From a virus (taxonomy: Duplodnaviria > Caudoviricetes), in IMG/VR virus record IMGVR_UViG_3300044449_000103, positions 1 to 41,983 of that record: a stretch of DNA of 41,983 nucleotides. One strand, written 5' to 3'. Below, piece by piece: positions 7,959-16,996 of the stretch. The notes under the pieces were generated by a model. It was not told where the DNA came from. It saw only the letters and a program-made list of their open reading frames with translations, and did no database searches. The position numbers were made by a program, and so were the translations under genes. Position 1 is the stretch's first letter. Every line of letters starts with the position of its first letter.

Positions 7959-8522
7959 ATGACGACTAAGACAGAGATTCTGAAACGGATTCTTCAGGTA
8001 GAAGGCGGCTACGTCAACGACCCCAACGACTCAGGTGGGGAAACTAACCACGGTATTACTATAGGCAAGGCACGTGAATGGGGATACGAAGGCCCCATGA
8101 TAGACCTGCCGGTTGATACTGCCATGGAGATCTACGCCGAAGACTTCTGGCATCCCCTGAGTGGTGACGAGCTGCTCGAGATATCCCCAATCATCTGCGA
8201 AGAGATCATTGATACCGGCGTCAACATGGGGATCGGTCGCGCAGCTGAGTTTCTCCAAAAGCTACTCAATGTCCTGAATCTGCAAGGCCAGCTCTATAGT
8301 GACATCGCAGAGGACCGGGACCTTGGTCCGCAGACACTAAAAGCACTGCGCACTTACCTCACTGCACGCAGGCGGGTTGATGGAGAACGCGTGCTATATC
8401 GAATGTTGAATAGTATCCAAGGCGCGTTTTACGTTGACTTGGCTATTCGACGCGAGAAGGACGAAGACTTTATCTACGGCTGGTTTAAGCATCGGGTGCA
8501 GTCATGGCCTACCGAGACTTAA
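7959..8522 (+). CDS. Endolysin, glycoside hydrolase family 108 with PG-binding domain
   Basis: EGGYVNDPNDSGGETNHGIT; C-terminal FIYGWFKHRV. Confidence 0.95.
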   Translation: MTTKTEILKRILQVEGGYVNDPNDSGGETNHGITIGKAREWGYEGPMIDLPVDTAMEIYAEDFWHPLSGDELLEISPIICEEIIDTGVNMGIGRAAEFLQKLLNVLNLQGQLYSDIAEDRDLGPQTLKALRTYLTARRRVDGERVLYRMLNSIQGAFYVDLAIRREKDEDFIYGWFKHRVQSWPTET

Positions 8523-9172
8523 TCGACCTCCACGAGCAAATCGTAGAGCCCAACGTTGGCCATGAAGCCATGGTCGCTCTCGCAGAAAAGCGTGACAACG
8601 CAAAGAGTGATGCTGCACGTCGGATGATCATCAACCGAATGGTCGAGCACAACATGCGATTGGCCAGCCACTTCGTTCATAAACGCTACTCAAACTTTAA
8701 CGATCCTTATCTCGATCTCGACGATATCATTCAGCACGCCAACATGGCGTTAATGCGAGCTGCTGAGAAATGGAATCCAGAGAAGTCGATGTTCAGCACC
8801 TACGCTACCCAGTGGATTAGGTCGTTCATTCAGGATGCACTCTGCAAGCGCCACACGATTCACTTACCCCGGCAGGTACAGCGGGAGAATCCTGAGCTCA
8901 TCGAAGAGTTTCAGACGGTCAGTACCGAGTCAGTCAGTGACCTTGAGTACATCGAAGACGAGTCACCAGCGATCTATCAAGAGATCCCTGAATCAGCCGT
9001 AACGAAACGACGTAAGGCAGCACAGAGAGTCATTGAGCCAGAGCAAATCGCATTGGCGTTACCCATCCAGCTTCTACTCCCAACACCTAAGCCGAAGAAA
9101 AGAAAACGGGCTGAGACTAAGCTACTTGCTGACCAACCAAAACTCAGGCAGCTGGACTTATGCTTTTCATGA
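8504..9172 (+). CDS. Sigma-70-like protein (region 2, no recognisable region 4)
   Basis: NMRLA...DLDDIIQHANMALMRAAEKW...FSTYATQWIR...TIHLP matches RpoD/RpoS region 2 into region 3.0. Confidence 0.85.
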   Translation: MAYRDLIDLHEQIVEPNVGHEAMVALAEKRDNAKSDAARRMIINRMVEHNMRLASHFVHKRYSNFNDPYLDLDDIIQHANMALMRAAEKWNPEKSMFSTYATQWIRSFIQDALCKRHTIHLPRQVQRENPELIEEFQTVSTESVSDLEYIEDESPAIYQEIPESAVTKRRKAAQRVIEPEQIALALPIQLLLPTPKPKKRKRAETKLLADQPKLRQLDLCFS

Positions 9173-9188
9173 CTGGAACAGGCACGGT

Positions 9189-9647
9189 ATGACGAAATGG
9201 CTACTGATCGGCTACGCGATAACAGTTTCACTCGGTCTGGCATACACCAAGATCCTGACGCTCGAGCGAGATGCTTTGAAGTATCAGATAAAAGTCATCG
9301 AGGCGTCTTATCAAGAGCAAGCCGACACTATCAAGGGCCTGACAACACTCAACACGAGTCTGGCTGCAGCAAATGAAGCTGCCATTGCCTCTGAGAGAGA
9401 GATTAATGAGAAGACGCAACGTATTGCCATTGAACTCAACAGACTTCGTTACACAGAAGCACAGAGAGCTCTTGAGGCACCTTTTGAGCGTGGCAATGCT
9501 GCTAGTAAGCGCCGTGCTGCTGCAATCATGCGCTTCACAGGCGCCGATCGAAGTGCTCAAGGTGCCAGTGATACCCAAGCCAGTTATCCCAGACGAACCA
9601 GCAGCCCCGGTAATCGAGATCCCACAACTGATCCTGATAACCGCTGA
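9189..9647 (+). CDS. Putative i-spanin (Rz-like)
   Basis: N-terminal TM segment (KWLLIGYAITVSLGLAY) plus coiled coil; overlapped by a lipoprotein gene. Confidence 0.7.
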   Translation: MTKWLLIGYAITVSLGLAYTKILTLERDALKYQIKVIEASYQEQADTIKGLTTLNTSLAAANEAAIASEREINEKTQRIAIELNRLRYTEAQRALEAPFERGNAASKRRAAAIMRFTGADRSAQGASDTQASYPRRTSSPGNRDPTTDPDNR

Positions 9648-9882
9648 AGAGGCTCAGTATTACCGGGATATTTGTGACGACTACGAAGCTGGTGTAGCGA
9701 ACTCACAACTGAGCCGTTCAGCGGCATGTGATTGGGCTGTATACGGATTCACAGTTCAGGGAGAGATCACCATGGAAGACAACCTGAACCAGATGGCTGA
9801 TTACGCAGAGAAGATGAGGAACCACGCCAACCACCTGCGACAGATCATCGAGAACCTATACGAGGCAAGCCAAGTTGAATAA
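9406..9882 (+). CDS. Putative o-spanin lipoprotein (Rz1-like); start uncertain
   Basis: Lipobox-like LLQS-C followed by a Pro-rich segment, in the +1 frame overlapping the i-spanin. Confidence 0.7.
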   Translation: MRRRNVLPLNSTDFVTQKHRELLRHLLSVAMLLVSAVLLQSCASQAPIEVLKVPVIPKPVIPDEPAAPVIEIPQLILITAEEAQYYRDICDDYEAGVANSQLSRSAACDWAVYGFTVQGEITMEDNLNQMADYAEKMRNHANHLRQIIENLYEASQVE

Positions 9883-10109
9883 CCCCATCATGAAGTACTT
9901 TGAGCACCCACCTCTCAGACAAAGGGAAAGTTGTTCAATACACCGAGGGTTGGCAAGTACCAGCCGGTTACACACTGATTCAAGTAAGACGCCACTATTA
10001 CAAGCCTAGCCGTTGGGGCGAAAGACTAAAGTCTTAGCCGTGAACCACAAAAGAAAGCGACCCAAGAACCGCAGAGCAGGATGCCTACTGTGTAAACCGC
10101 ACAAGATGA

Positions 10110-10565
10110 ATGGCTATAAACTACTTGGACGCCAAAGCCATTCGACGAACAAGAGAGCAGGCATTGGACAAGGTTACCGATCAAGATGTTTATGACGTTG
10201 CTCAGCAGCAATCCACAAAGCTGGACCCAGCAAAGCTAAACGAAATCGCCAACCGTTGGTGTCGAGCTCGAGGGATCACCGCCAGCTTTGAAGACATCAT
10301 GACGGCCATTCAGGAACGCTCTCTGAGGCAGTTGAGCTCCGGTAAGACCTACCCTTTTGTCGAGCTTAAGATCTCTTACGCAGACCCAACGAGACCAGAC
10401 GAGTTCATCAAGGCGAAGGGATATGACTTTCCCGGGCCCGATGCATTCAGAATCGTCACCTGCGACCGACAGACATTCATCAGATTTGGATTGCAGGGTG
10501 CAGATCAAATTGGCGGTGGAGTTTTCCACTACGACGAGAACTGCGAGCCGGTGTTCAGCGAATGA
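10110..10565 (+). CDS. Hypothetical protein
   Basis: 151-aa ORF, ATGA-coupled to the next gene. Confidence 0.6.
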   Translation: MAINYLDAKAIRRTREQALDKVTDQDVYDVAQQQSTKLDPAKLNEIANRWCRARGITASFEDIMTAIQERSLRQLSSGKTYPFVELKISYADPTRPDEFIKAKGYDFPGPDAFRIVTCDRQTFIRFGLQGADQIGGGVFHYDENCEPVFSE

Positions 10566-10936
10566 TTAAGTGGATGGATCGCGCGGTCTTTGTATCACCC
10601 ATCTTCTATGCGCTGTGTACGACTGAGAAAGCCTTTTACAGCCAACTTCGGAAGATGAAGATACCGAAGGAAAACTGGCCCCCGTTTCTGCCTCAGGGAG
10701 CAGATGCGTGCACCCACATGATGGAAACAGAAAAGCATGCTGCAGCCATTGTCTGCATGCAGAAGGAACGAGGTCAAACCAAACGCGGTTACTACTCACT
10801 CTTAGTCCACGAATCAGTTCACGTGTGGCAAAGAATCCGGGAAGACATCAACGAAGACCGACCCAGTTCCGAGTTCGAAGCCTACTCTATCCAACAAATC
10901 TCCTTGAACCTCATGGAGGCATGGGACAAGCAATGA
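10562..10936 (+). CDS. Hypothetical protein with HExxH zincin-like motif
   Basis: LVHESVHVWQ...EFEAY. Confidence 0.75.
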   Translation: MIKWMDRAVFVSPIFYALCTTEKAFYSQLRKMKIPKENWPPFLPQGADACTHMMETEKHAAAIVCMQKERGQTKRGYYSLLVHESVHVWQRIREDINEDRPSSEFEAYSIQQISLNLMEAWDKQ

Positions 10937-11214
10937 GTAAACCCATCCCCACAGGCTGCTGTGCCATCACCGGATACGGCGAAGTATACGAGCACTACAC
11001 CGATGGTCTCTGGTACCCAGATGGCGAAGGTGAAGCGGTTGGAGATCCTGAAGGCGTTATCGCTTGGGTGAACCGCGAGATGGTCGACGAAATCGCAAAG
11101 CTCGACTCAGCCATGGACACCAAAGCAGCTGATGCCATGGAGATCAATAAATTCCACGACATTACAAACGCAACCGTCGTTAAGCACGGCGAGTTCAGGG
11201 AAATCGACCAATGA
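10933..11214 (+). CDS. Hypothetical protein
   Basis: ATG 10933 overlaps the previous stop codon (MSKPIPTG...). Confidence 0.6.
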   Translation: MSKPIPTGCCAITGYGEVYEHYTDGLWYPDGEGEAVGDPEGVIAWVNREMVDEIAKLDSAMDTKAADAMEINKFHDITNATVVKHGEFREIDQ

Positions 11215-11567
11215 CAAAAGAGCAACTCTTTATCGCCAGCGGCATGTTCGCTGGTGTAGGTACAGCCATCCTCTTCTTCCAAAGTGTCTGGGTTGCTCTG
11301 GGAGTCGTTTCGATCATCGCCGCACTACATTTCCAAACGCTTTACCAAAAACTCCTAGAGAGCGAATACGAGCGTTCACTCACCCCTGATTTCAAATCTC
11401 TTGGCAAACCAATACCCGGGTGTGGACCTATCGTTGGAATGGCAAGACTAAACGGCCAGATCATTGTCGCAAGACGTAATGGCGGTCTGTATACCTACCA
11501 CGAAGAAACCGAAACATGGGAGATTCTGAAAGTAAGAACTGACTATTCGGTTGAGGCGAACACATGA
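11211..11567 (+). CDS. Membrane protein (two N-terminal TM segments)
   Basis: Hydrophobic residues about 6-42; ATGA-coupled. Confidence 0.65.
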   Translation: MTKEQLFIASGMFAGVGTAILFFQSVWVALGVVSIIAALHFQTLYQKLLESEYERSLTPDFKSLGKPIPGCGPIVGMARLNGQIIVARRNGGLYTYHEETETWEILKVRTDYSVEANT

Positions 11568-12421
11568 AGTCTAAAGAACCCCAGTTAATCCAAGCCTACA
11601 TAGAACACAACGGCGACATCATCAAAGCCTACCGTTCTGCTGTCCCCATGAGTAAGAACTGGAAGGACGAGACGGTCGAGAAAAAAGCACAGAAATTCTT
11701 CGACCAACCGGGCATAAGGCAACAGATAGCTGACCTCCAAGGCCAGCAAGCGCTTAAAGATCTGATCGAGAACACTTCCGATTCTGACACCTCAACTGAG
11801 GGAGAGAAAACGGAAGTCGAGACAATTACATCCACAGACGGATACAGCGTAAAAGAGCTTCCCTCACAAGAATCTGACGACACTCAACCCGAACCAGTTA
11901 CCTCAAATTCAACTGAGAGCCAATCTCAGCAGCAAGAATCAAAGGAAACCCATGAATCCACGGAAGAGAACCAAGAAAGCAACATGGGCCGACCTACAAA
12001 ATGGAAAGGCCAAGAGACGATCGACAAGACGCTCGAGTACATCACCGAAGGTTACAAAGCGCTCGACGAGAAATTCCCGACACGTGCTGGCTTAGCTGTA
12101 ACCCTTGAGATTCACCGCGAAACGATTAACGAATGGGCAAAGATCTACCATGACTTTTCCGACGCGTTGGCCAAATTGATGGCAATTCAAGAACTTAACC
12201 TCGTGTCCAAAGGCGTTGGTGGCGAGTATAACCCGACGATTACCAAGCTGCTGCTGCAGAGTAACCACAAGCACGTAGAGCGCAGTCAAGCTGGCATTGC
12301 AGGTATCGACGGTGCACCTCCCATCCAGACCGAGAACACAACAGACGCCCGGGTGATCACCGCAGAGATGAGCGACGAGGAAGCGACTCGGGCTTACAAA
12401 GACATGATGCGGGGTAAGTGA
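11564..12421 (+). CDS. terS: Terminase small subunit (extended)
   Basis: N-terminal AYIEHNGDIIKAYRSA HTH, an acidic linker, then an MGRPTKW...PTRAGLAVTL...ETINEW...FSDA gp3-like packaging domain; upstream of terL. Confidence 0.8.
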   Translation: MKSKEPQLIQAYIEHNGDIIKAYRSAVPMSKNWKDETVEKKAQKFFDQPGIRQQIADLQGQQALKDLIENTSDSDTSTEGEKTEVETITSTDGYSVKELPSQESDDTQPEPVTSNSTESQSQQQESKETHESTEENQESNMGRPTKWKGQETIDKTLEYITEGYKALDEKFPTRAGLAVTLEIHRETINEWAKIYHDFSDALAKLMAIQELNLVSKGVGGEYNPTITKLLLQSNHKHVERSQAGIAGIDGAPPIQTENTTDARVITAEMSDEEATRAYKDMMRGK

Positions 12422-13011
12422 TGATTTGCCAAAAGTGCGGCAGAAAAAGGTCTGATGAGTACGGCGCTATTTGCTCAACTTGCACAATGATTGCCAATCG
12501 CAGAGCACAACCGAAACGAAAGCTAAAGATCGCGAAGAAGAAGGTTGTTGAAATCTGCGAACCAACACTATGTGACCGCCCCAGAGAAGGAGTCTTGTTG
12601 ACCTGTGATACCTGCTCTCAGTTGTATCGCGGCGTTTGGAATTCCAAGTACTGCAAAGATGCCTGTCGAAAAAAGACATGGCGGGAGCGACACAAAGCAG
12701 AAGATTACCGCAAGAATGTAATCGCACGCGCCAAATCACGCGCCGCTAAGAAAGGTTGCCCTTTTCGGTTAGAGATCGCTGACCTGCCGGCCGTTAAGCC
12801 CACCCACTGCCCGGTGTTGGGTATTGAGTTGGATGTCGTCTCGCTAGACCGGATCGTACCTGAGCTTGGATATGTGCCCGGCAACGTCTGCCTAATTTCC
12901 TCCAGAGCAAACACGTTAAAGAACAACGGCACGCTCGACGAGTTCAGGGCTATCGTGGAGTACATCGAGTCCTATACCCCTTCAAGAACACATCCTTCAG
13001 ATCTCATATAA
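12418..13011 (+). CDS. HNH-like endonuclease with N-terminal Zn fingers
   Basis: CPVLG...SLDRIVPELGYVPGNVCLISSRANTLKN. Confidence 0.75.
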   Translation: MMICQKCGRKRSDEYGAICSTCTMIANRRAQPKRKLKIAKKKVVEICEPTLCDRPREGVLLTCDTCSQLYRGVWNSKYCKDACRKKTWRERHKAEDYRKNVIARAKSRAAKKGCPFRLEIADLPAVKPTHCPVLGIELDVVSLDRIVPELGYVPGNVCLISSRANTLKNNGTLDEFRAIVEYIESYTPSRTHPSDLI

Positions 13012-13028
13012 CCAAAACAGAGGTTCCC

Positions 13029-13730
13029 ATGTTCCACTACTTTTTCTCAGATGGATGCTTCCGACTCTTCGGCAAGCGAGGCAGCTTGTTAGAGGTTGCC
13101 AACCATTGGGGGCTCGGCCTTTACATTGAGTTCCCATCGGATTGGCACGAGGATGGTATGGGCAAGATCATGATCAATCTCGGTTGGCCGATCATCTTCA
13201 TCTCGTTTCCTTGGTTCAAGGTTTACGAAGACGATGGCCAGTGCTCAGGGCCCCAGTTTGGGTTTAGCTATTTCCCAGACCACCATGACCTGATGATCTA
13301 CTACGGCAACTCCAATAGCCGCGATCAAAAGATCAAGTTCTTACCCATGCCTTGGAGCTGGTCTCATGCGAAGTGCGTGCACGAGGTACGAAATGCTGAG
13401 GGTAAGTGGACGCCATTTATCGGTAGCTGGGAGAAGGACAAGGGTAAGGATGAGCGAGTAGAGAGCACTCACAGTTACGTTTACACCTTGAAGAGCGGTG
13501 TGGTTCAGGATCGTACCGCGACGATATTCAGAGAGCGACGAATCTGGACACGCAACACGTGGTTCCCTCGTCAGATGATCCGAGAGTGCATTGACATCGA
13601 GTTCAGCGACGAGGTTGGCGAACGCACAGGTTCATGGAAAGGCGGCACCGTTGGTTGCTCCTATGAGGTGTTGCCCGGGGAAACCGACCTCGAGTGCCTG
13701 CGCCGCATGGAGAAAGAACGCAAGTTCTGA
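13029..13730 (+). CDS. Hypothetical protein (Trp-rich)
   Basis: 233-aa ORF with GAGG RBS; stop codon overlaps the terL ATG. Confidence 0.75.
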   Translation: MFHYFFSDGCFRLFGKRGSLLEVANHWGLGLYIEFPSDWHEDGMGKIMINLGWPIIFISFPWFKVYEDDGQCSGPQFGFSYFPDHHDLMIYYGNSNSRDQKIKFLPMPWSWSHAKCVHEVRNAEGKWTPFIGSWEKDKGKDERVESTHSYVYTLKSGVVQDRTATIFRERRIWTRNTWFPRQMIRECIDIEFSDEVGERTGSWKGGTVGCSYEVLPGETDLECLRRMEKERKF

Positions 13731-15364
13731 TGGACTACCTCAACCCCAACTACGCAGAAGTACTCGCCAAGCGCGCACGCGTTCTGAGCCAGATGCGGGA
13801 AGATCCGGAGATGCTCAAGGCGATGAAGATCCATTACGCCACGCACCCATGGGACTTTATCAACGACTGGGGAATGCTGTACGAGCCTCGCAACGTCTCT
13901 AAGGGTCTGCCTCCGGTGTTTCCGTTCATCATGTGGCCACGGCAAATAGATCTCGTTAAGTGGATGTATGAGCGCTGGATGGCCGGTGAGCGTGGATTGG
14001 TTGAGAAGAGCCGTGACTTTGGTGTGACGTGGTTGGCCGTTGGCTTCAGTTGTTCGAATTGGTTGTTTGTCCCGGGCTTCACTGCCGGCTTTGGTTCTCG
14101 CAAAGAAGAGCTGGTTGATCGCAAGGGCGACATGAAAGCGATCTTTCCAAAGATCCGGTTCTTCCTCGACAACATTCCGCCTGAGTTCCTGCCGCAGGAC
14201 TTCGACGAACGTCACCACAGCTCACGTATGAACCTGATCAACCCAACGGCTAATGCTGCGATCATTGGTGAAGCTGGCGACAACATCGGCCGCGGTGGTC
14301 GTGCATCGGTTTACTTTATGGATGAGGCGGCGTTCGTTCAGGACCAAGAGTCAGTGGACAACGCTTTATCTCAGAACACCGATTGTCAGATCGATATCTC
14401 AACACCGAATGGCAACGGCAACGCGTTCTATCGAAAGGCTCAGCGCTTCCACGGCACACCCCGGAAGTTCGTTTGTGACTGGCGAGACGATCCCCGTAAG
14501 ACTGACGAGTGGTATCAGAAGCAGCTGGATGAGCATGACGAGGTAACCGTAGCCCAAGAGATCGATCGGGACTACAACGCTTCAGCTGAGGATGTGTTCA
14601 TCCCAGCCAAGCACATCGCTGCGTGTATCGACGCACACATCAAGCTGGGCTTTCAGGCTCAAGGCATTAGGGTTACTGCGTTCGACCCATCAGACGACGG
14701 TCGAGACCCCAAAGGCGTACTGCATCGCCATGGCTCAGTGGTGACCCAGTGCAAGTACATGCGCAAGGGTGACATCACTCAGGCGATCCCATGGGCCATT
14801 GACGAAGGTGACGGCGCCCGCTCTCAAGCATTTACGTACGACGGTGACGGCATGGGCACACCTGCTATGAAGCTGGCGTTAACCCAAATGAATGCCGGCC
14901 GCATGAAGATGATCAATTACCGCGGCTCCGATGGGGTGGAAGACCCTGACGAGAAGTACGGCAAAGACTCCCGCCTCAGCGCTGAAGAGCTTGAGGACCT
15001 GAGAACCAACGCGGAAGAGTTTCTGAACTATCGTGCGCAAACTGCCACTTGGGTCAGGGATCGAGCCAAGAACACTTACGAAGCCATACAGAGAGCCAAC
15101 AAGGGCATGCTGGTGAACTTCGACCCAGAGCAGATGCTTTCCATTAGTTCCGAGTGCGAAGAGCTCATAGAGTTTCAGGCAGAGATCTCACGGCCGAAGC
15201 GCATCATGACGCCCAATGGCAAGAAGGCGGTTGAGTCCAAGAAGCAAATGAAGTCCCGCGGTGTTGATTCACCTACTGGCTTTGATCTTCTGGTCATGGC
15301 CTTCAGCGTGAAGGTTGTGCGCGAGAAGCCAAAGAAGAAACGCAACGTGAGGCACCACCGATGA
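13730..15364 (+). CDS. terL: Terminase large subunit
   Basis: Walker A KSRDFGVTW, GRGGR, Walker B YFMDEAA, motif III ISTPNG, nuclease FDPS, ESKKQMKSRG..SP. Confidence 0.95.
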   Translation: MDYLNPNYAEVLAKRARVLSQMREDPEMLKAMKIHYATHPWDFINDWGMLYEPRNVSKGLPPVFPFIMWPRQIDLVKWMYERWMAGERGLVEKSRDFGVTWLAVGFSCSNWLFVPGFTAGFGSRKEELVDRKGDMKAIFPKIRFFLDNIPPEFLPQDFDERHHSSRMNLINPTANAAIIGEAGDNIGRGGRASVYFMDEAAFVQDQESVDNALSQNTDCQIDISTPNGNGNAFYRKAQRFHGTPRKFVCDWRDDPRKTDEWYQKQLDEHDEVTVAQEIDRDYNASAEDVFIPAKHIAACIDAHIKLGFQAQGIRVTAFDPSDDGRDPKGVLHRHGSVVTQCKYMRKGDITQAIPWAIDEGDGARSQAFTYDGDGMGTPAMKLALTQMNAGRMKMINYRGSDGVEDPDEKYGKDSRLSAEELEDLRTNAEEFLNYRAQTATWVRDRAKNTYEAIQRANKGMLVNFDPEQMLSISSECEELIEFQAEISRPKRIMTPNGKKAVESKKQMKSRGVDSPTGFDLLVMAFSVKVVREKPKKKRNVRHHR

Positions 15365-15546
15365 GACACCCACAGCTGCTATGGATCACCTTTAATGATG
15401 ACGGCTCTATCGAATGGACTGACGACCCTGAAGAGCTCAAGAAGGGCGACGTGCCTTACCTGAAACAATCCGAGTATCTGGGCGAGATGACTAAGCTCAA
15501 GCGTGAGAACAAGAAACTTCGCAAGCGACTCAGAGACGAAAAGTAG
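15361..15546 (+). CDS. Small hypothetical protein
   Basis: 61 aa with C-terminal coiled coil; ATGA-coupled. Confidence 0.55.
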   Translation: MRHPQLLWITFNDDGSIEWTDDPEELKKGDVPYLKQSEYLGEMTKLKRENKKLRKRLRDEK

Positions 15547-15603
15547 CGCGGGTATATATACCCAATTCAAAACACCCCAAAAACGTAGGTTCTAGCAAGG
15601 TAT

Positions 15604-15849
15604 ATGGGCATTCTGACTGAAGCAAAACCAATCAAGATCTTGGACATCCCTGCTAGGTCTATCTGGGACCGTTCTACTCTGCGGCTGAGTCGATTCATCT
15701 ACCACAAGACCGGCAGGCTGGTAGCAACGCCTTACAACCGATGGCTGATGACAAAGCCTCTCTGTAGAAACTCACACGCAACCGTTGTGTTCAGTCGATG
15801 GCTTCCGTACGGACATTCAAAAAATGAGCAATACTGTGAAGCAGACTGA
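15604..15849 (+). CDS. Hypothetical protein
   Basis: 81-aa ORF with AAGG upstream; weak support. Confidence 0.4.
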   Translation: MGILTEAKPIKILDIPARSIWDRSTLRLSRFIYHKTGRLVATPYNRWLMTKPLCRNSHATVVFSRWLPYGHSKNEQYCEAD

Positions 15850-15883
15850 AATCAATGCTCCAGACATGCCGCCGTTGAAGTGA

Positions 15884-16156
15884 CCGACTAATATCCTTTG
15901 TCCAAGCAGTTGGTTGGTTCTCTAGCTACGAACGTCCTCCACTACCTTCTGCACCCCGGCAATCCCATGGCAATGGGTTGCCGGGGACCATATACACCCA
16001 AGAGAGGGGTAGGAACTGAAAGCGCCGATGCTCGTGGAAGGTTTCGAGATTGAAAAGATCAATCCCCGTAAGCAGAGAGAGTCGGGCTGACTCGGCAGTG
16101 GCTCTCGACCTAACGACTAAAGTCTTTCCCATTGAACAGCTAACAATCTTGGGAAA
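15884..16156 (+). ncRNA. Candidate structured non-coding RNA
   Basis: Several hairpins in a gene-free gap: CCCCGGCAA.CCCAT/ATGGGTTGCCGGGG (15954-15986), GATTGA/TCAATC, GAGTC/GACTC, CTTTCCCA/TGGGAAAG. Confidence 0.35.
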
Positions 16157-16162
16157 GGCAGG

Positions 16163-16657
16163 ATGCATACCGCAAAAGTTAAATTTGATATTCAGGTGAG
16201 CAAAGCGAGCATCACCCGGCCGGGCAACGTAACGGCTTACTCCGATGGGGATGTTGTAAGCGGCGCAGGCAATGAGCGGTTCGTATTCGAGGCAGTCTCA
16301 TCAGGCCGGGACGCGAAGTCTGGCATATTACTGAGCGCGATCATCAGATCATCTCAAGCAGCGGCCACACCGCTCGAAGGCGAGCTCTATCTGTTCAACC
16401 AAGACCCCGGTGGTGCCGTAGCTGACAACACTGCTGCTACCTTCACGGACTCACAGCTCGACGCACTACTTGGAATCGTTACGTTCCCTTCAGCCAGTTG
16501 GAGTAAAACCAACGGCAAAGCCGTGTGTTCTATTGACAAGCTCAACCTTCCCTACAGGGGTGACGGTACTCTCTATGGTGTGCTGATCGCACGCAACACC
16601 TATGCCCCAACAAACGGTGAAGCACTCTCGATCAACCTGACTGTCGCTCGGGATTAA
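16163..16657 (+). CDS. Hypothetical (possibly virion) protein
   Basis: TRPGNVTAYSDGDVV motif; beta-rich composition. Confidence 0.7.
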   Translation: MHTAKVKFDIQVSKASITRPGNVTAYSDGDVVSGAGNERFVFEAVSSGRDAKSGILLSAIIRSSQAAATPLEGELYLFNQDPGGAVADNTAATFTDSQLDALLGIVTFPSASWSKTNGKAVCSIDKLNLPYRGDGTLYGVLIARNTYAPTNGEALSINLTVARD

Positions 16658-16663
16658 GCGGCG

Positions 16664-16996
16664 GTGACCGTAGAAGCCATCTACCCTGTTGCCGTTGCAT
16701 CCGCACCTGCAGTTGCGACTGGCGTCTTTGTTGTCACAGCCGGACAAGTCACGGCCATTGTGGGATTCGTTAGCGCCATCGTGCTTGCTTTGTACGGTGA
16801 CATTCTGAAGAACCGGAAAGCTGATCGGCAAAAACTGGATGCCTGCGAGCAAGCCCACCAGACCAGTAACGACCGGTACATTGACCTTGCTCGAGAGGTC
16901 TCTGAGCTCACCGGAAGGGAGCAGATGGCCAAGATAGTAACGGACGAACTTAAAGGCGTCAGAGAGGAAATTAGAGCGTTAGGAGACAGGAAGTGA
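16664..16996 (+). CDS. Membrane protein, holin/antiholin candidate
   Basis: Hydrophobic N-terminal half plus charged coiled-coil C-terminus. Confidence 0.55.
   Translation: MTVEAIYPVAVASAPAVATGVFVVTAGQVTAIVGFVSAIVLALYGDILKNRKADRQKLDACEQAHQTSNDRYIDLAREVSELTGREQMAKIVTDELKGVREEIRALGDRK

Noticed and set aside
10013-10195. Basic Cys-containing ORF NHKRKRPKNRRAGCLLCKPHK
   Set aside because: May be a real small gene from the GTG near 10040, but it overlaps 10110..10565 by 86 nt and I cannot decide between them from sequence alone.
15549-15563. Palindrome GGGTATATATACCC after the terL region
   Set aside because: A single short low-complexity palindrome with no second copy noticed and no supporting context.
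15884-16156. tRNA or known self-cleaving ribozyme
   Set aside because: No cloverleaf with a T-loop, and no hammerhead or twister core could be assembled by eye.
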